Source of the DNA: Dehalococcoidia bacterium
Lineage (GTDB): Bacteria > Chloroflexota > Dehalococcoidia > SM23-28-2 > RBG-16-64-32
Length of the DNA stretch: 64,000 bases
Direction: 5' to 3'
Assembly (NCBI GenBank): GCA_963665775.2
Contig: CAXXTF010000001.1
Span: 736,001 to 800,000 of the forward strand
Part shown: one piece after another, positions 52,204-62,753 of the stretch
Layout: the number at the start of each line of letters is the position of its first letter
Numbering within the stretch: position 1 is the stretch's first letter
The notes under the pieces: model-generated
Database searches by the model: none
What the model saw: only the letters and a program-made list of their open reading frames with translations
Told to the model about the DNA's origin: nothing
Program-made: the position numbers and the translations under genes

Positions 52204-54330
52204 TTAGCTGGCTTCAGAGTTGACCGGGAGCCAGACTTGAAAGCAGGTTTTGCCATGGTTAGGGATCACTTTAATATCCCCCCGGTGTTTGTTGACAACA
52301 ATGTTGTAGCTGATATCCAGGCCCAATCCAGTGCCCAGCCCGGGGGGCTTCGTCGTAAAGAAGGGGTCGAAAATCCTGGATTGAATCTCGGCCGGAATCC
52401 CGGGGCCATCGTCCTCGATTTCGATCACCACTTGTTGCCCGTCCTGGCGTGTTCGGATGGTAATTTCTCCCTGCCCTTCAAGCGCATCAGCCGCATTGTC
52501 AATTATGTTTGTCCAAACCTGGTTTAGCTCGCTGCCATTGGCCTGAATCTTGGGCAGGTGAGGCGCATACTCCTTCCGCACGCCGATGCCGGTTTTGAGC
52601 TTGTGGGCTAAGACAAGCAGGGTGTTATCCAACCCCTCGTGCACATCGACAGCCTGCACCGGGGCCCTATCCAGGTACGAGTAAGACTTGAGCGCTTTGA
52701 CGATCTCAGAGATCCGTCCTGCACCCTGGCCGACTTCTGTGAGTACGCTGTGTACCGCGTACGTCGCGACCAGCCCGCCAATGACTGCCGAGAGCTGGTC
52801 GGGGGCAAACTCGTCGGCCAGCGTTATCAGCCCGGCGGTATCGTAATTCAGATTAACTAGCGCAGGCGCGAGTTTCCAGGCGTCTGCCATCCCGCGCTCC
52901 TCCAACCAAGTTTCCAGCTCGCGCTCGCGGTCGCTACGGGCGAGCGCGTTCAACTCCGGGGGTCTCGCCGCCTGTTCCAGGGCTCGGTGCGTCAGACGCT
53001 GCAACGCCCTCTGCTGTGCTGGCGTCAGGGCCAACCGGCTCAACTGCGAATGTGACTGCCCAAACTGTGCAATGGCAGCCTCCAACTGTCTCGCGCCACT
53101 CATCACCGCCGCCGCCGGATTATTTAGCTCGTGAGCCACGCCGGCGGTGAGCGTACCCAGTTGGGCCATTTTTTCACTTTGGCGAAGCATGGTCTCACTC
53201 TCCCGCAGCTCCCTCGTCCGCTCTACCACTTTCCGCTCTAAATCTGCATAGGAGTCCTTAAGGGTGCCCGTCATGGTGTTGAATTGCTCTGCCAGATCCT
53301 GTATTTCGTCGCCGGTCTTGGCAGAGATGGTGTGGTCGAAATCACCTCCGGCAATTCGCTGGGCCCCGCGAGTGAGATCTTTGACAGGTTTCAGAATCCG
53401 GCCCACGACGAAGAAGATCAGGACACCGGACGCACCGCCTCCCACCGCTAAGAGAACCAGCAGCAACGTGCCGTAGTCTCGAACAGGTCCGGCCACATTT
53501 TCCCATCGCTCCTGAGTGACGAGTCCCCAGTCCGTCCCCGGCACCGGAGCGAAGCCGGAGATGACCTTCCTCCCTGCTGAGTCTTCCATGAACAATGCAC
53601 CCGTTTCTTTGTGTATCACTCGCATTACCGGTGCCGTGCCAAATAAATCTGCCCCTATCTGGGAGGTGTCGCGGTGGTAGCTGACGCGTCCGTCACCATC
53701 CACTAAGTAGGCGAAGCCGTCGCCGCCCGACGTCAGCTCCAGTATCTGGGAATACGTCTCTCCCAGTGGGGAAAACCTTAGCGTAGATAGTCCTGCCAGT
53801 ACTCCCTCGAACTCATTGGCGCTTCCCACAATAGGAACACCTATGAGGATCAAGTCTTCGCCAGAACGCGGATCCAGGAGCACGTTGGAGAAGGCCGGCC
53901 GAAGCGTCATTTGCACCGTCTCGAATACTGATGGTGCAAGGAAGTCCGCACCTTGCGGCTCGCTGGCAAGGGAAGGTGGCCAGAGTGTGACGCCTTCGCT
54001 GTCGTAGACAGCGACCCCCGCGTCGAAGGCACGGAACTGGTTCTCACGTCGTTCCAGTGCAACGCTGAGGCGGGCTGGCTCCAGAGACTCAACATCGTCG
54101 TCGGCGGCGGCGCTTTGCAGCACTCGATTGTGCTGACTCAGGGCCTCGGAGAGTCGAGCGGCGGTTATCCTCGCGAGCTCACTATCCCGTCCCTGGACGA
54201 CCCGCTCGGCATCGCGGGAGACCTGCTGGTAGGCATAGAGGGCGATGATTGCGACGGCCACTAGCACAATGGTGGTGGGGATTAGGGCAGTCAAGACGGT
54301 CTTCGCCCGGAGGCTCCTGAACAAGAACAC
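52204..54330 (-). CDS. Cache-HAMP sensor histidine kinase
   Basis: TM-dCache-TM-HAMP (DEIQDLAEQFNTM), AHELNNP, NQVWTNIIDNA and GTGLGL. Confidence 0.92.
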   Translation of the reverse strand: MFLFRSLRAKTVLTALIPTTIVLVAVAIIALYAYQQVSRDAERVVQGRDSELARITAARLSEALSQHNRVLQSAAADDDVESLEPARLSVALERRENQFRAFDAGVAVYDSEGVTLWPPSLASEPQGADFLAPSVFETVQMTLRPAFSNVLLDPRSGEDLILIGVPIVGSANEFEGVLAGLSTLRFSPLGETYSQILELTSGGDGFAYLVDGDGRVSYHRDTSQIGADLFGTAPVMRVIHKETGALFMEDSAGRKVISGFAPVPGTDWGLVTQERWENVAGPVRDYGTLLLVLLAVGGGASGVLIFFVVGRILKPVKDLTRGAQRIAGGDFDHTISAKTGDEIQDLAEQFNTMTGTLKDSYADLERKVVERTRELRESETMLRQSEKMAQLGTLTAGVAHELNNPAAAVMSGARQLEAAIAQFGQSHSQLSRLALTPAQQRALQRLTHRALEQAARPPELNALARSDRERELETWLEERGMADAWKLAPALVNLNYDTAGLITLADEFAPDQLSAVIGGLVATYAVHSVLTEVGQGAGRISEIVKALKSYSYLDRAPVQAVDVHEGLDNTLLVLAHKLKTGIGVRKEYAPHLPKIQANGSELNQVWTNIIDNAADALEGQGEITIRTRQDGQQVVIEIEDDGPGIPAEIQSRIFDPFFTTKPPGLGTGLGLDISYNIVVNKHRGDIKVIPNHGKTCFQVWLPVNSEAS

Positions 54331-54341
54331 GACCCCGCCCC

Positions 54342-55370
54342 CTACCCAGAGGTCTCCTCCAGAGCCTTCTTGATTTTCTCGTACTCCCCCGGCGTCACCC
54401 AGGTTTCCCACCGGTCTTCGTAGGTCTGCAGGTAGTAGATCGCCGCCTCTTCCCAACCTGCGACTTCGTTCTTCGCGGCCCAGGCCAGCGTCTCGTTGAT
54501 GGGCTCCAGGCCGACGTTCGCCTTCTTCAGCATCTCCACTACGTCTGGGGCTTTCATTTGCAAGCCCGAGTGAGCGAGCTTTTCTATCGGGAGGGTCTTA
54601 TAGGCGCAGGCCCTTTTAATGGGTCGGAGGCTCTTGTCCACGCTGGCCGCCGTGACGTTCTCCCAGCATGCCACTGTGTGGATCGGCTCTATCAGGACGT
54701 GCCAGTCGTAGGTCGCTATCAGGGCGTTCGGCGCCCAGTAATAACCGAAGACCGGATGGCTTCTCTCTTGGGCCCTCGCCAGCGCCGCCTCCAGGGCGTC
54801 ATTGGAGGCGGGCGAGGCGAGGTTGTAGTACCTGGTCAGCCCATAGGCCTCTAGCTTTACCTCATTGATCTGGGCGCACTGCGTGCCGATGGTGCAGCTG
54901 TAGAAGACGCCCTTGGAGGGATCCTGCGGGTCCTGGAACAGCTGCCAGTGGTCCTCCAGATCAAACACCGTCTCGATGTTGTACTCCTCCGCCACCCACT
55001 TGGGGATGATGAAGAACTGAGGGCCAGCCTCGAAGGTCGTGCCCAGGTTGACGATAGTCCCCTTCTGTATCTGCTCGTCGTACCAATCAGGGATATTCTG
55101 CTGCCATCCCTCCAGGTTCAGGTCAACCTCGCCCCTCGGGAGGGCCTGCTGCAGCACAGGTGTGGTCTCCACTACCGTCTCCACGGGATAGCCATATCCA
55201 TTCTCAATGATGAACTCAACGATGGCATTGTTCAGCCAATGAGAATCGGTCCCCTCCCAAACGTGGAGGTTGATGACCGGCTTTTCGTCGTCACCACACC
55301 CTGCCGTACTTAGGGCCAACAACAGTAGAACGATGACACCACCCAGGATTCTGCCGCGCGTTGTCCTCAT
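54342..55370 (-). CDS. Glycine-betaine (ProX/OpuAC)-type substrate-binding lipoprotein
   Basis: Lipobox TAGC; GYGYPVE, EGW and GYYWAP motifs. No ABC permease or ATPase adjacent. Confidence 0.85.
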   Translation of the reverse strand: MRTTRGRILGGVIVLLLLALSTAGCGDDEKPVINLHVWEGTDSHWLNNAIVEFIIENGYGYPVETVVETTPVLQQALPRGEVDLNLEGWQQNIPDWYDEQIQKGTIVNLGTTFEAGPQFFIIPKWVAEEYNIETVFDLEDHWQLFQDPQDPSKGVFYSCTIGTQCAQINEVKLEAYGLTRYYNLASPASNDALEAALARAQERSHPVFGYYWAPNALIATYDWHVLIEPIHTVACWENVTAASVDKSLRPIKRACAYKTLPIEKLAHSGLQMKAPDVVEMLKKANVGLEPINETLAWAAKNEVAGWEEAAIYYLQTYEDRWETWVTPGEYEKIKKALEETSG

Positions 55371-55537
55371 TGGCCCCTCCCCTCCTGAATGACGTACGCC
55401 CGGTCGCCGGGACTACCCTCTGCGAACAGCTCCTCCCCCGCGGATAGCCGCACTTCCTCGACCACCTGACACAGATGCTCCAAGTCCGTATCGGACAGGC
55501 CGGCGAAGAGCGGCACCTTCCTCAACAATTCGTGCAT
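55367..55537 (-). pseudogene. Truncated cNMP-binding domain (56 aa)
   Basis: MHELLRKVPLFAGLSDTDLEHL...LFAEGSPGDRAYVIQEG; TGATG overlap upstream and ATGA overlap downstream. Confidence 0.8.
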
Positions 55538-57220
55538 CAGACGGTCTTCAGGTATTGGTGTACAAAGCTGACCACCATGCCGCCTTCACCCACTGCCGCA
55601 GCAACTCGGGTGATCGCCCCCTGTCGAACGTCACCGCCGGCGAAAATCCCCGGCACGCTGGTCTCTAGCAAGTACGGGTCCCGCTTCAGCATCCAGCTCC
55701 GAGCCATGTGACCATCGCGGGTCAAGGTCAGGTCCTGCCCCGTGCGGATGAACCCGGCCAGGTTTCGTTCCACCACGCCCGCCACGAAGGCGGTATGCGG
55801 AACGGCCCCAATGAGGCAGAACATGGCCGCGACCGGTATGGTCTTAGTTTCGCCTGAGTCGTTGTTCCTTATCGTAATATCCTCGAGCCGGTCTTCGCCA
55901 CCCACTTTAATCACCTCTGTCAGCAGCAGCACCTCAATGTTTTCCGTCGTGTTGATCTGTTCGACCAGATATTGCGACATGGCCGCACCGGCAGAGTCGC
56001 GCTTGTCTATTGCGCTACCGCGCACTAGCAGTGTTACCTTGCTCGCGTATCGCGAGAGGAACATCGCGGCCTGTCCAGCCGAGTTGGCCCCTCCCACTAC
56101 AGCTACGGGCTGGCCCTCGTAATGCACGGCTTCGGCTATCGGAGCTCCGTAGTACACCCCAGCCCCAGTAACCGCCTCTATGCCGGGCACGTCAAGCCTG
56201 AGAACTGAAACGCCGGTCGCGATCAGTAGCGCATGGCAACTCAACCTAGTTCCATCGCTCAGTGTGACAAAACGATACGAACCTTCCACACTCACCCGAG
56301 TCACCTCTTGCGCGATCAAGATCTCGGCCCCGAAGCGCTCTGCTTGGATGGTGGCCCGCCGGGCCAGATCGGCCCCGCTCAACCCCTTGGGAAACCCTAG
56401 ATAGTTCTCGATCAACGCGCTGGTGCCGGCCTGCCCACCGGCGGCCTCCCGCTCGACCATGACGATGCGTAACCCCTCGGACGCGCCATAGACGGCGGCC
56501 CCCAGTCCAGCGGGGCCGGCGCCGACGATAATTAGGTCATAGAACGGCTGGGCAGCCTGAGTTCGTAAGCCTATCTTCTCGGCCAGCGCGCGGTTGTGCG
56601 GCTCGACCAAGGTAGTGCCATCGGGGAAAAACACCACCGGAAGCCGATGCGCTTCCTTGCTCACCGCCCCCACTAAGTCCTTAGCCGGCGCATCGCATTC
56701 AAGGTCCAACCACTGGTAGGGGACTTGGTTCCGGGCCAGGAAGTCTTTAGTGTTGTGGCAGCTGGCCGACCACAGCGTGCCTGCCACGCGAATGCCGTCG
56801 TACGGCACCGGCACGGTCGCCGCCCAATCGCTCAGCAGATCGTCCAACACCGGGTACAGGTTCTGCTCAGGTGGATCCCAAGGCTTCATAAGGTAGTGAT
56901 CCAGCCCAAGCGTATTGATGCTGGCAATCGCGGCCTCGGTGTCCGCATAGGCGGTGAGCAGCACCTTGCGCGCTTCGGGGTAGAGCTTGAGCGCCTCGGC
57001 CAGAAACTCCGTCCCGCTCATGCCCGGCATGCGCTGGTCGACCAGGAACAAGGCCACCGGAGCGTTGCGTTGCTTGAGCTGCCGCACTGTCTCGAGCGCC
57101 TCCGCACCCGAGCCGGCTTTGATAATGCGATAGTCGGCGCCATACTGCTGCTGCAAGTCTCGCTCGACCGCGTTCCTGACGTGCGGCTCGTCATCGACCG
57201 TGAGAATGATCGGCTCGGCC
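55537..57220 (-). pseudogene. Receiver domain-thioredoxin reductase fusion; start codon separated by the transposon
   Basis: AEPIILTVDD..DQRMP..LLTAY..KPW receiver; GAGPAG, IENYLGFP and GGANSAGQAA motifs. The missing ATG lies at 61298-61296. Confidence 0.88.
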
Positions 57221-57304
57221 GGCTTTGCACATAAAAGGCGTCCTGCACAAATAATTCTTAATGGGAACGGCGGCCTTGGACAAAAACTCTGCGACGGGTA
57301 GTAT

Positions 57305-58066
57305 TTGTGCGTGTACGCTCCCTACAAGGATCGACCCCTCAACGGCCGGGAACTAGAGAGGCTGCGCCTCACCCTGAGTAGTTTCAGGGACGGGAGCGGC
57401 CAGGTAACCTTAAAGGCTGGCGGGTCAATGCCTGGGTTCCGTGATTACGAGCGGGCATTAGCTGCTGTGCTTGAGGGCACCACGCCCGAGGATAAGGGGA
57501 TATTTGATGTCTTGATCCAGGCAGAGGGCAAGCCATTCGGTATCTCCTGCAAGATGACTGCGATGCAACCACCCAAGAACCTGTCCAGCTTCATGGAGCT
57601 TTCAAACGCAGCCGCTACGTTCAGGAAGCATCTTCTTGCTCTCCAGATCAATTGGGCCACTGATCCGACGCTCGCCGGACCCGCCATCGTGGACCTTGTA
57701 TCGGGTTGGCAAACGGCGGTTGCGGACTCAATAGACATTGCTGGCAGCCGATATAGCGTGCTCGCTCACGACGCGAAATGGCGAAAGTTTCAAGTCCTTT
57801 GCTTCCCGATCAACCTAAAGATCGCCGATCCGAAGGGTGCCGTAGATTGGCTCTTTGAAGGGGCTTCGCTCAACGGCTACATTGACGACGGAGGACGACG
57901 CCACCGGCTCTGGCAGTGCTACATGAATTCCGGTGGGCAGTTGAAATACTTCCCGCTACTGTCTTGGGCCGACTGGGTAACCGAAACGTTCTGTCTAGAG
58001 GTTGCTCCCATCATGTCTCCCCTTGCCAAGGCTCAGAATTACTTCAAGGCTCTCTGGCCTAAATAG
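57305..58066 (+). CDS. Putative type II restriction endonuclease (PD-(D/E)XK-like)
   Basis: DYER...IFDV...GISCK pattern; convergent with a DNA methylase. Confidence 0.6.
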   Translation: MCVYAPYKDRPLNGRELERLRLTLSSFRDGSGQVTLKAGGSMPGFRDYERALAAVLEGTTPEDKGIFDVLIQAEGKPFGISCKMTAMQPPKNLSSFMELSNAAATFRKHLLALQINWATDPTLAGPAIVDLVSGWQTAVADSIDIAGSRYSVLAHDAKWRKFQVLCFPINLKIADPKGAVDWLFEGASLNGYIDDGGRRHRLWQCYMNSGGQLKYFPLLSWADWVTETFCLEVAPIMSPLAKAQNYFKALWPK

Positions 58067-58071
58067 CTTGC

Positions 58072-58887
58072 CTACGGCTTCACCCAAAGGACTTCAAGCC
58101 GAACTGCCTGTTTCTCTACCTTGGGTGGTTTCATAGCGACGCGGCTCCATCCGCTGAGCATATCGTCGTATATCTCGTTGCCGTAGCCGCTCACCACCAC
58201 GGGGCCGGGGTGCGCGAGAAGTGCCTTCAGTAGCAATATGTGGGCGTCGTCGTCCATCTCATCGCTGTACATGTGTTGAGTTCGGACGCAGTGCGGATAG
58301 GGTGGGTCGGCGTAAATTAGGCAATCCTCCGCAGCATGTCGCTCAATAACCTCAAGAGCATCACGATTCTCAATCTCGGCGTCTTTCAGCCGATCAGCTA
58401 GCCTTCGTAGCTGTTCAGGAACCTTATTCCATCGGTGAGACATTCCCCCTGCCCGCTGACTCGGGCCACGGTTCTTCCAGCCGGTTTTCTTAGCGAGGTC
58501 GCTTCCATGAGCCTGCCAGCAACGCACCACGAACCGACGGGCGTTCTCAACGGCGTCGGCCGTGATGATGTGCGATAGGTCGTATTCGTCTCGGGACCAT
58601 GGCGTAGCTTCCAACTTCCAACATAGTTCCTCGGTCTGATCCCGAAGGACCAAGAAAAGGTTGGTTGCCTGGCTGTTCCTATCGTTTATGACTTCGTGGG
58701 GGACTCTCGGCTTTGAGAAGAACACCGCACCCGAGCCGAAGAACGGCTCGACGTAATGATAGTGTGGCCGGAATAGCTCGATGATCCGGTCGGCAAGGCT
58801 CCATTTCGATCCTGGATACCGGATGGCAGCAGCGTGGGTGCCCCCACGGCGTTCACTGGATGGCATTAGCGGTGCTTCGATTATCAT
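58072..58887 (-). CDS. Dam-like (D12 class) DNA adenine methyltransferase
   Basis: YPGSK, EPFFGSG, EVIND and YADPPY motifs. Confidence 0.9.
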   Translation of the reverse strand: MIIEAPLMPSSERRGGTHAAAIRYPGSKWSLADRIIELFRPHYHYVEPFFGSGAVFFSKPRVPHEVINDRNSQATNLFLVLRDQTEELCWKLEATPWSRDEYDLSHIITADAVENARRFVVRCWQAHGSDLAKKTGWKNRGPSQRAGGMSHRWNKVPEQLRRLADRLKDAEIENRDALEVIERHAAEDCLIYADPPYPHCVRTQHMYSDEMDDDAHILLLKALLAHPGPVVVSGYGNEIYDDMLSGWSRVAMKPPKVEKQAVRLEVLWVKP

Positions 58888-58893
58888 GCCAGT

Positions 58894-59769
58894 CTATGCC
58901 TCACCTTGTGGAAGTTGCCTCTGGTCGCCTCTCTCGGGAAGGAAATTGCTGCTTGAGACAACAGGTCGGCCCAGTTGCCTCTCAAAGTTCTCCCTCGCGT
59001 CACCAGCAATTTTGCCTCCAGCATGAGCAGTTTCTTTATTTTCACTAAATCCTTGTGAGTCTCTCGCACGGGCCAGCTCGGCAGTAGATGTTTCACCTAG
59101 CATGGTCAAGACCAACTCCATGTCGGTCATATGGTCTCTAAGATTGTGCCCCTTGGCCAGACCTTTCACCTCTTTGTGCGTTTTGATGGCGATATTGAAC
59201 GTCTCCTGGGAAATCACGTTGGTTAATACTGCGTATTCCTTGCCCTCTGTCACCCTACGACTGGCCCACTCGCTGGTTAGTTCCTTGCGACTTAGAACAG
59301 TCCGGATACGCGCTTTTATCCAGTCGTCTGAATGTCCTTGAATTTGGTAGTCGAGTATTGCCCTCTGGATGCCGAGTTCTGGATTCTGGAATTCCTGAAT
59401 CCTCTCAAACGCTACCTTGGCGAGCCATCTCTTGAATGGCTCCGCTCTGGGCGACCCGATAGACTGGATGATGCGGAACATTGTTTCGGCATTTGCTGCA
59501 TCAGTTGGGTACTCCTTGCCGTCTGGACCGGTCATTTTCAGTTGTCCGATATTTTCGGACAACTGACCGGAGCCCTCTTTTGTCAGCTTGCGCTTGAGGG
59601 CTGACCAATACCTGGAGGGCCTGTCGGTTTCAACGATTGCGCCGACCACATCGCTAATGGAGAAAAACCATTCCCCTTCCTCGAAAACCTTCCGGATTGG
59701 CTTTCCTTTGAACTCGTTGATTCCCATTTCACCAGGGAACGAGATCATCTCTTCGCCTTTCTTTGCCAT
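58894..59769 (-). CDS. BRO-N domain (antirepressor-like) protein
   Basis: WFFSISDVV, YW..LKRKL, DGK.Y.TD, PRAEPFKRWLA and NLRDHM motifs. Confidence 0.88.
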   Translation of the reverse strand: MAKKGEEMISFPGEMGINEFKGKPIRKVFEEGEWFFSISDVVGAIVETDRPSRYWSALKRKLTKEGSGQLSENIGQLKMTGPDGKEYPTDAANAETMFRIIQSIGSPRAEPFKRWLAKVAFERIQEFQNPELGIQRAILDYQIQGHSDDWIKARIRTVLSRKELTSEWASRRVTEGKEYAVLTNVISQETFNIAIKTHKEVKGLAKGHNLRDHMTDMELVLTMLGETSTAELARARDSQGFSENKETAHAGGKIAGDARENFERQLGRPVVSSSNFLPERGDQRQLPQGEA

Positions 59770-59778
59770 GCTTGCCTC

Positions 59779-59925
59779 CTAGCCGGTCTTGGTTGCTTTG
59801 CGAGGAGTGTTCCAATAAGGACTCTTGCACTTCGGGCATACCTTCGGCTCCTGGCCTAATGCCCTGGGTGCCCACTTATGCTCACATCGCTCACAGGCAT
59901 ACCCTTTCATCGCAATAATGGCCAT
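59779..59925 (-). CDS. 48-aa zinc-ribbon protein
   Basis: MAIIAMKGYACERCEHKW...VCPKCKSPYWNTPRK (two CxxC pairs). Confidence 0.75.
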   Translation of the reverse strand: MAIIAMKGYACERCEHKWAPRALGQEPKVCPKCKSPYWNTPRKATKTG

Positions 59926-60030
59926 TCTGCACCCCTAGTAGTAATCCCTTTGTAGTATATGCTCACAAGGTTGACATTGCAAGCCCTTGGTGGTAATATA
60001 CTGCTAGGTAAGTTAAGGGGGGAAGCAGAC

Positions 60031-61263
60031 ATGGACGCTAGGCAGCAAAGAGGATTGGAGATAGCGGCTAAGAGCAGGATACGTAGACAGGATGATACCT
60101 GGTTGGTGCCGTCTCAAGCCAAGGACGGCGAGAGGTACACCGTTATACCTGGGCTCCGATGTTCGTGCCCCGATCATGAAACCCGCCAAGTGAAGTGCAA
60201 GCACCTGTGGGCGGTCGAGTATGTCATGGAGCGCGAGACTGACGAGAACGGAATGGTTACGGAGACTGAAGCGGTCCGGGTGACCAAGGTCACGCGCAAG
60301 ACTTACCCTCAGAACTGGACGGCTTACAATGCAGCGCAATCCGAGGAAAAGACTCGGTTCGGCGTCCTGTTGGCTGATCTCTGTAGGGGTATCCAGCAGC
60401 CTATCCACGAAGGCAGAGGCCGTCCAGCACTCCCGCTGGCAGACATGCTCTTTGCTTCGGCCTACAAGGTTTACACCGGCTTCTCTTCCCGACGTTTTAC
60501 CAGCGACCTTCGGGACGCTAAACCTGAGGGCCTGGTCGCCAGCACTCCTCACTTCAACTCGGTCACAAACTACCTTTCCAATCCCGATATGACACCGATC
60601 CTCAAGCACTTGGTCACCGTAAGCAGCCTCCCGCTCAAAGCCGTGGAGACTCAATTCGCCATTGACTCTAGCGGTTTCACCACGTCCCGCTTCATCCGCT
60701 GGTACAACAAAAAGTACGGGCGAGACATCGACAACCGCGAGTGGGTCAAGGTGCATCTGATGTGCGGAGTCAACACGCATATTGTCACCAGCGTCGATGT
60801 GAGCGGATGGGAAGCTCACGATACCACCTACTTCGTGCCTCTCTTGGAGCAGACCGCCAGGAACTTTCACATGTCCGAAATCTCGGCGGACAAGGCGTAC
60901 CTGAGCCACAAGAACTTGGCAGCGGTCGAGACCATTGACGCAACGCCGTTCGTTCCGTTCAAGAGCAATACGCTCCCGACCACGGAAAACTCGGCGTGGG
61001 GCCGCATGTACCATTACTTTATGCTTAACCGGGAAGCGTTTATGACTCATTACCACCGTCGTTCCAATGTGGAGACGGTGTTCTCGATGTGCAAGGCAAA
61101 ATTCGGAGATTCGGTCCGCAGCAAGAGCGACAGCGGCATGGTCAACGAAGTCCTCTGTAAGGTTCTATGCCATAATATCTGCGTGCTGATCCAAGCGATT
61201 CACGAGTTTGGAGTCGAACCTAATTTTTGTGCACAACTCGGTCTTGCACAGAAAGTAGCCTGA
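60031..61263 (+). CDS. Transposase with an N-terminal SWIM zinc finger and a DDE domain
   Basis: CSCPD...CKH; AIDSSGF, ADKAY and RSNVETVF; TTGACA-17-TAATAT promoter upstream. Confidence 0.9.
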   Translation: MDARQQRGLEIAAKSRIRRQDDTWLVPSQAKDGERYTVIPGLRCSCPDHETRQVKCKHLWAVEYVMERETDENGMVTETEAVRVTKVTRKTYPQNWTAYNAAQSEEKTRFGVLLADLCRGIQQPIHEGRGRPALPLADMLFASAYKVYTGFSSRRFTSDLRDAKPEGLVASTPHFNSVTNYLSNPDMTPILKHLVTVSSLPLKAVETQFAIDSSGFTTSRFIRWYNKKYGRDIDNREWVKVHLMCGVNTHIVTSVDVSGWEAHDTTYFVPLLEQTARNFHMSEISADKAYLSHKNLAAVETIDATPFVPFKSNTLPTTENSAWGRMYHYFMLNREAFMTHYHRRSNVETVFSMCKAKFGDSVRSKSDSGMVNEVLCKVLCHNICVLIQAIHEFGVEPNFCAQLGLAQKVA

Positions 61264-61601
61264 AAACGGGGTTTATTGTGCAAAGCCGGCTCGGCCATAT
61301 CCTATGCCTCACACCAAACTAATTTGCGCGTTCCTGAGCGGCTCCTGCGTTCAGCCACGAAATGATGCACACCCGACCGGTATGGACGGCACAACCACGG
61401 CGAAAGAGGGCTCGCGGGATTGCTCCATTGCGGTGGGCGCCATCTGGGCTGGTGATGGCGAAGAGGATTATCCCCCTGCCGGAAGAGAGCGTCAAGTTAC
61501 TGACCCGACCAGTTCAGAAGCGGAGGGTTCCCACTATCTATGTTCGCTCCGGCGCTTTGACGGGCTTTCTTTGGGACATGAAGTGACCTACGGCGGCAAG
61601 C

Positions 61602-62210
61602 CTACGCTGCGGCTTGGGGTGCCTTCGGTCCCGTGTCGATGGCGAAGGGTGGGTAACGGCCGACGAGTGAAGCATGGTAAGTGAGAAGCCTCGCCTCCCA
61701 GGGCAGCACGCCACATTGGAAATTGTAGAGCCCTTGAGGGTAGCGTTCCCGGATCAGGATCATGACGGCTGCGATAAGCCAGATCACAGCGGACGCGATG
61801 CCGATGATGGCGAGAACGAAAGCACTTGGGATGCTATAGACGAGGCGCAGGAGTGCCGAGCCGACGGTGGGAGTGCCTTCGGTCTTCACCTCGAAACGGA
61901 CGATCTCCTCGGGCCCTCCACTGGGGAAGCGGTCCGTGAGGAAGGCGAGGTAGGCGTAGAGGGCGATCAACCATCTGAGCCAGCCCGTCATCTTCGGCCC
62001 ATCTTCCTCCATGAATCTTTCGGAGCCCTTCCGGGATATGAAAATCGCGGCTAGGACCGGTAGGATTAGGTAGACGAGACCAAATAGCAGGCCAACGACA
62101 TTGCCGACAATGGATAAGATAATCAGAACAAGGACACGGAGAAAGACTTGCGGCCGCTGGAACTTCTCGGGTCGGTCAATGCCAAACGTGACAGGATAGT
62201 CGGCTGCCAT
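61602..62210 (-). CDS. DUF4389-like membrane protein
   Basis: YPVTF, AYLAFLTDRFP, ERYPQGLYNF and GRYPPF motifs; GAAGGAGG RBS. Confidence 0.8.
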   Translation of the reverse strand: MAADYPVTFGIDRPEKFQRPQVFLRVLVLIILSIVGNVVGLLFGLVYLILPVLAAIFISRKGSERFMEEDGPKMTGWLRWLIALYAYLAFLTDRFPSGGPEEIVRFEVKTEGTPTVGSALLRLVYSIPSAFVLAIIGIASAVIWLIAAVMILIRERYPQGLYNFQCGVLPWEARLLTYHASLVGRYPPFAIDTGPKAPQAAA

Positions 62211-62385
62211 GATTCCTCCTTCGCGGTCATGAGACCTAGCCGTAGTGCCCGTCATACTAGGTACGACAGGGTATTCTTTATCGAGGGCTCCTGCTCCAGC
62301 TCTCTATTACCGCTATTCTAGCACTGCAGACCCGGTGTTCGCCCTCTCGTATAATGGACGCGATTTAGCGGAAGGAAGTCTGACT

Positions 62386-62619
62386 ATGCGCATACCGTTC
62401 GGTCAAGGCCGCGCCGCGGCAATCGCGGGCATTATCATCATGGCGCTGATGATCGAGGGCGCGATCGCGGTAGTGATCGATGATGCTTGGCTATGGGGGC
62501 TTCTTGCACTCTTCATCGTCTGTCTATTCTCAGGGCGTAGAGGTCGACTCCCGTGGCAGGAACGGTGGTGGTGGAAAGAATTCTTCGGTACGAAGGAGTC
62601 CAATAGCTCCGACAAATAG
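62386..62619 (+). CDS. Small 2-TM membrane protein
   Basis: ATG after GGAAGGA, with TATAAT upstream; two hydrophobic helices. Confidence 0.55.
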   Translation: MRIPFGQGRAAAIAGIIIMALMIEGAIAVVIDDAWLWGLLALFIVCLFSGRRGRLPWQERWWWKEFFGTKESNSSDK

Positions 62620-62753
62620 TGGTGCAGATCGCTAAGTACCGAGCGGGCGATGATGCGGCCCGTTTGTGGCGGAGCGGCGCGCGGCGAAGGCGACTTTGGT
62701 ACTGGCTGTGAGGGGAGTCAACTTGGGGCAGCACCTAGGACGAGGTAGGGACA

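Larger units (their letters stand above)
57221..61287 (+). mobile_element. Cargo-carrying transposon (DDE, IS4/IS5-like) with a putative R-M pair
   Basis: Terminal IRs GGCTTTGCACA/TGTGCAAAGCC; 9-bp TSD GGCTCGGCC at 57212-57220 and 61288-61296. Confidence 0.92.

Noticed and set aside
43430-61392. Further half-site look-alikes near 43446, 44719, 50157 and 61367
   Set aside because: Only one arm matches, or the spacing is off by one.
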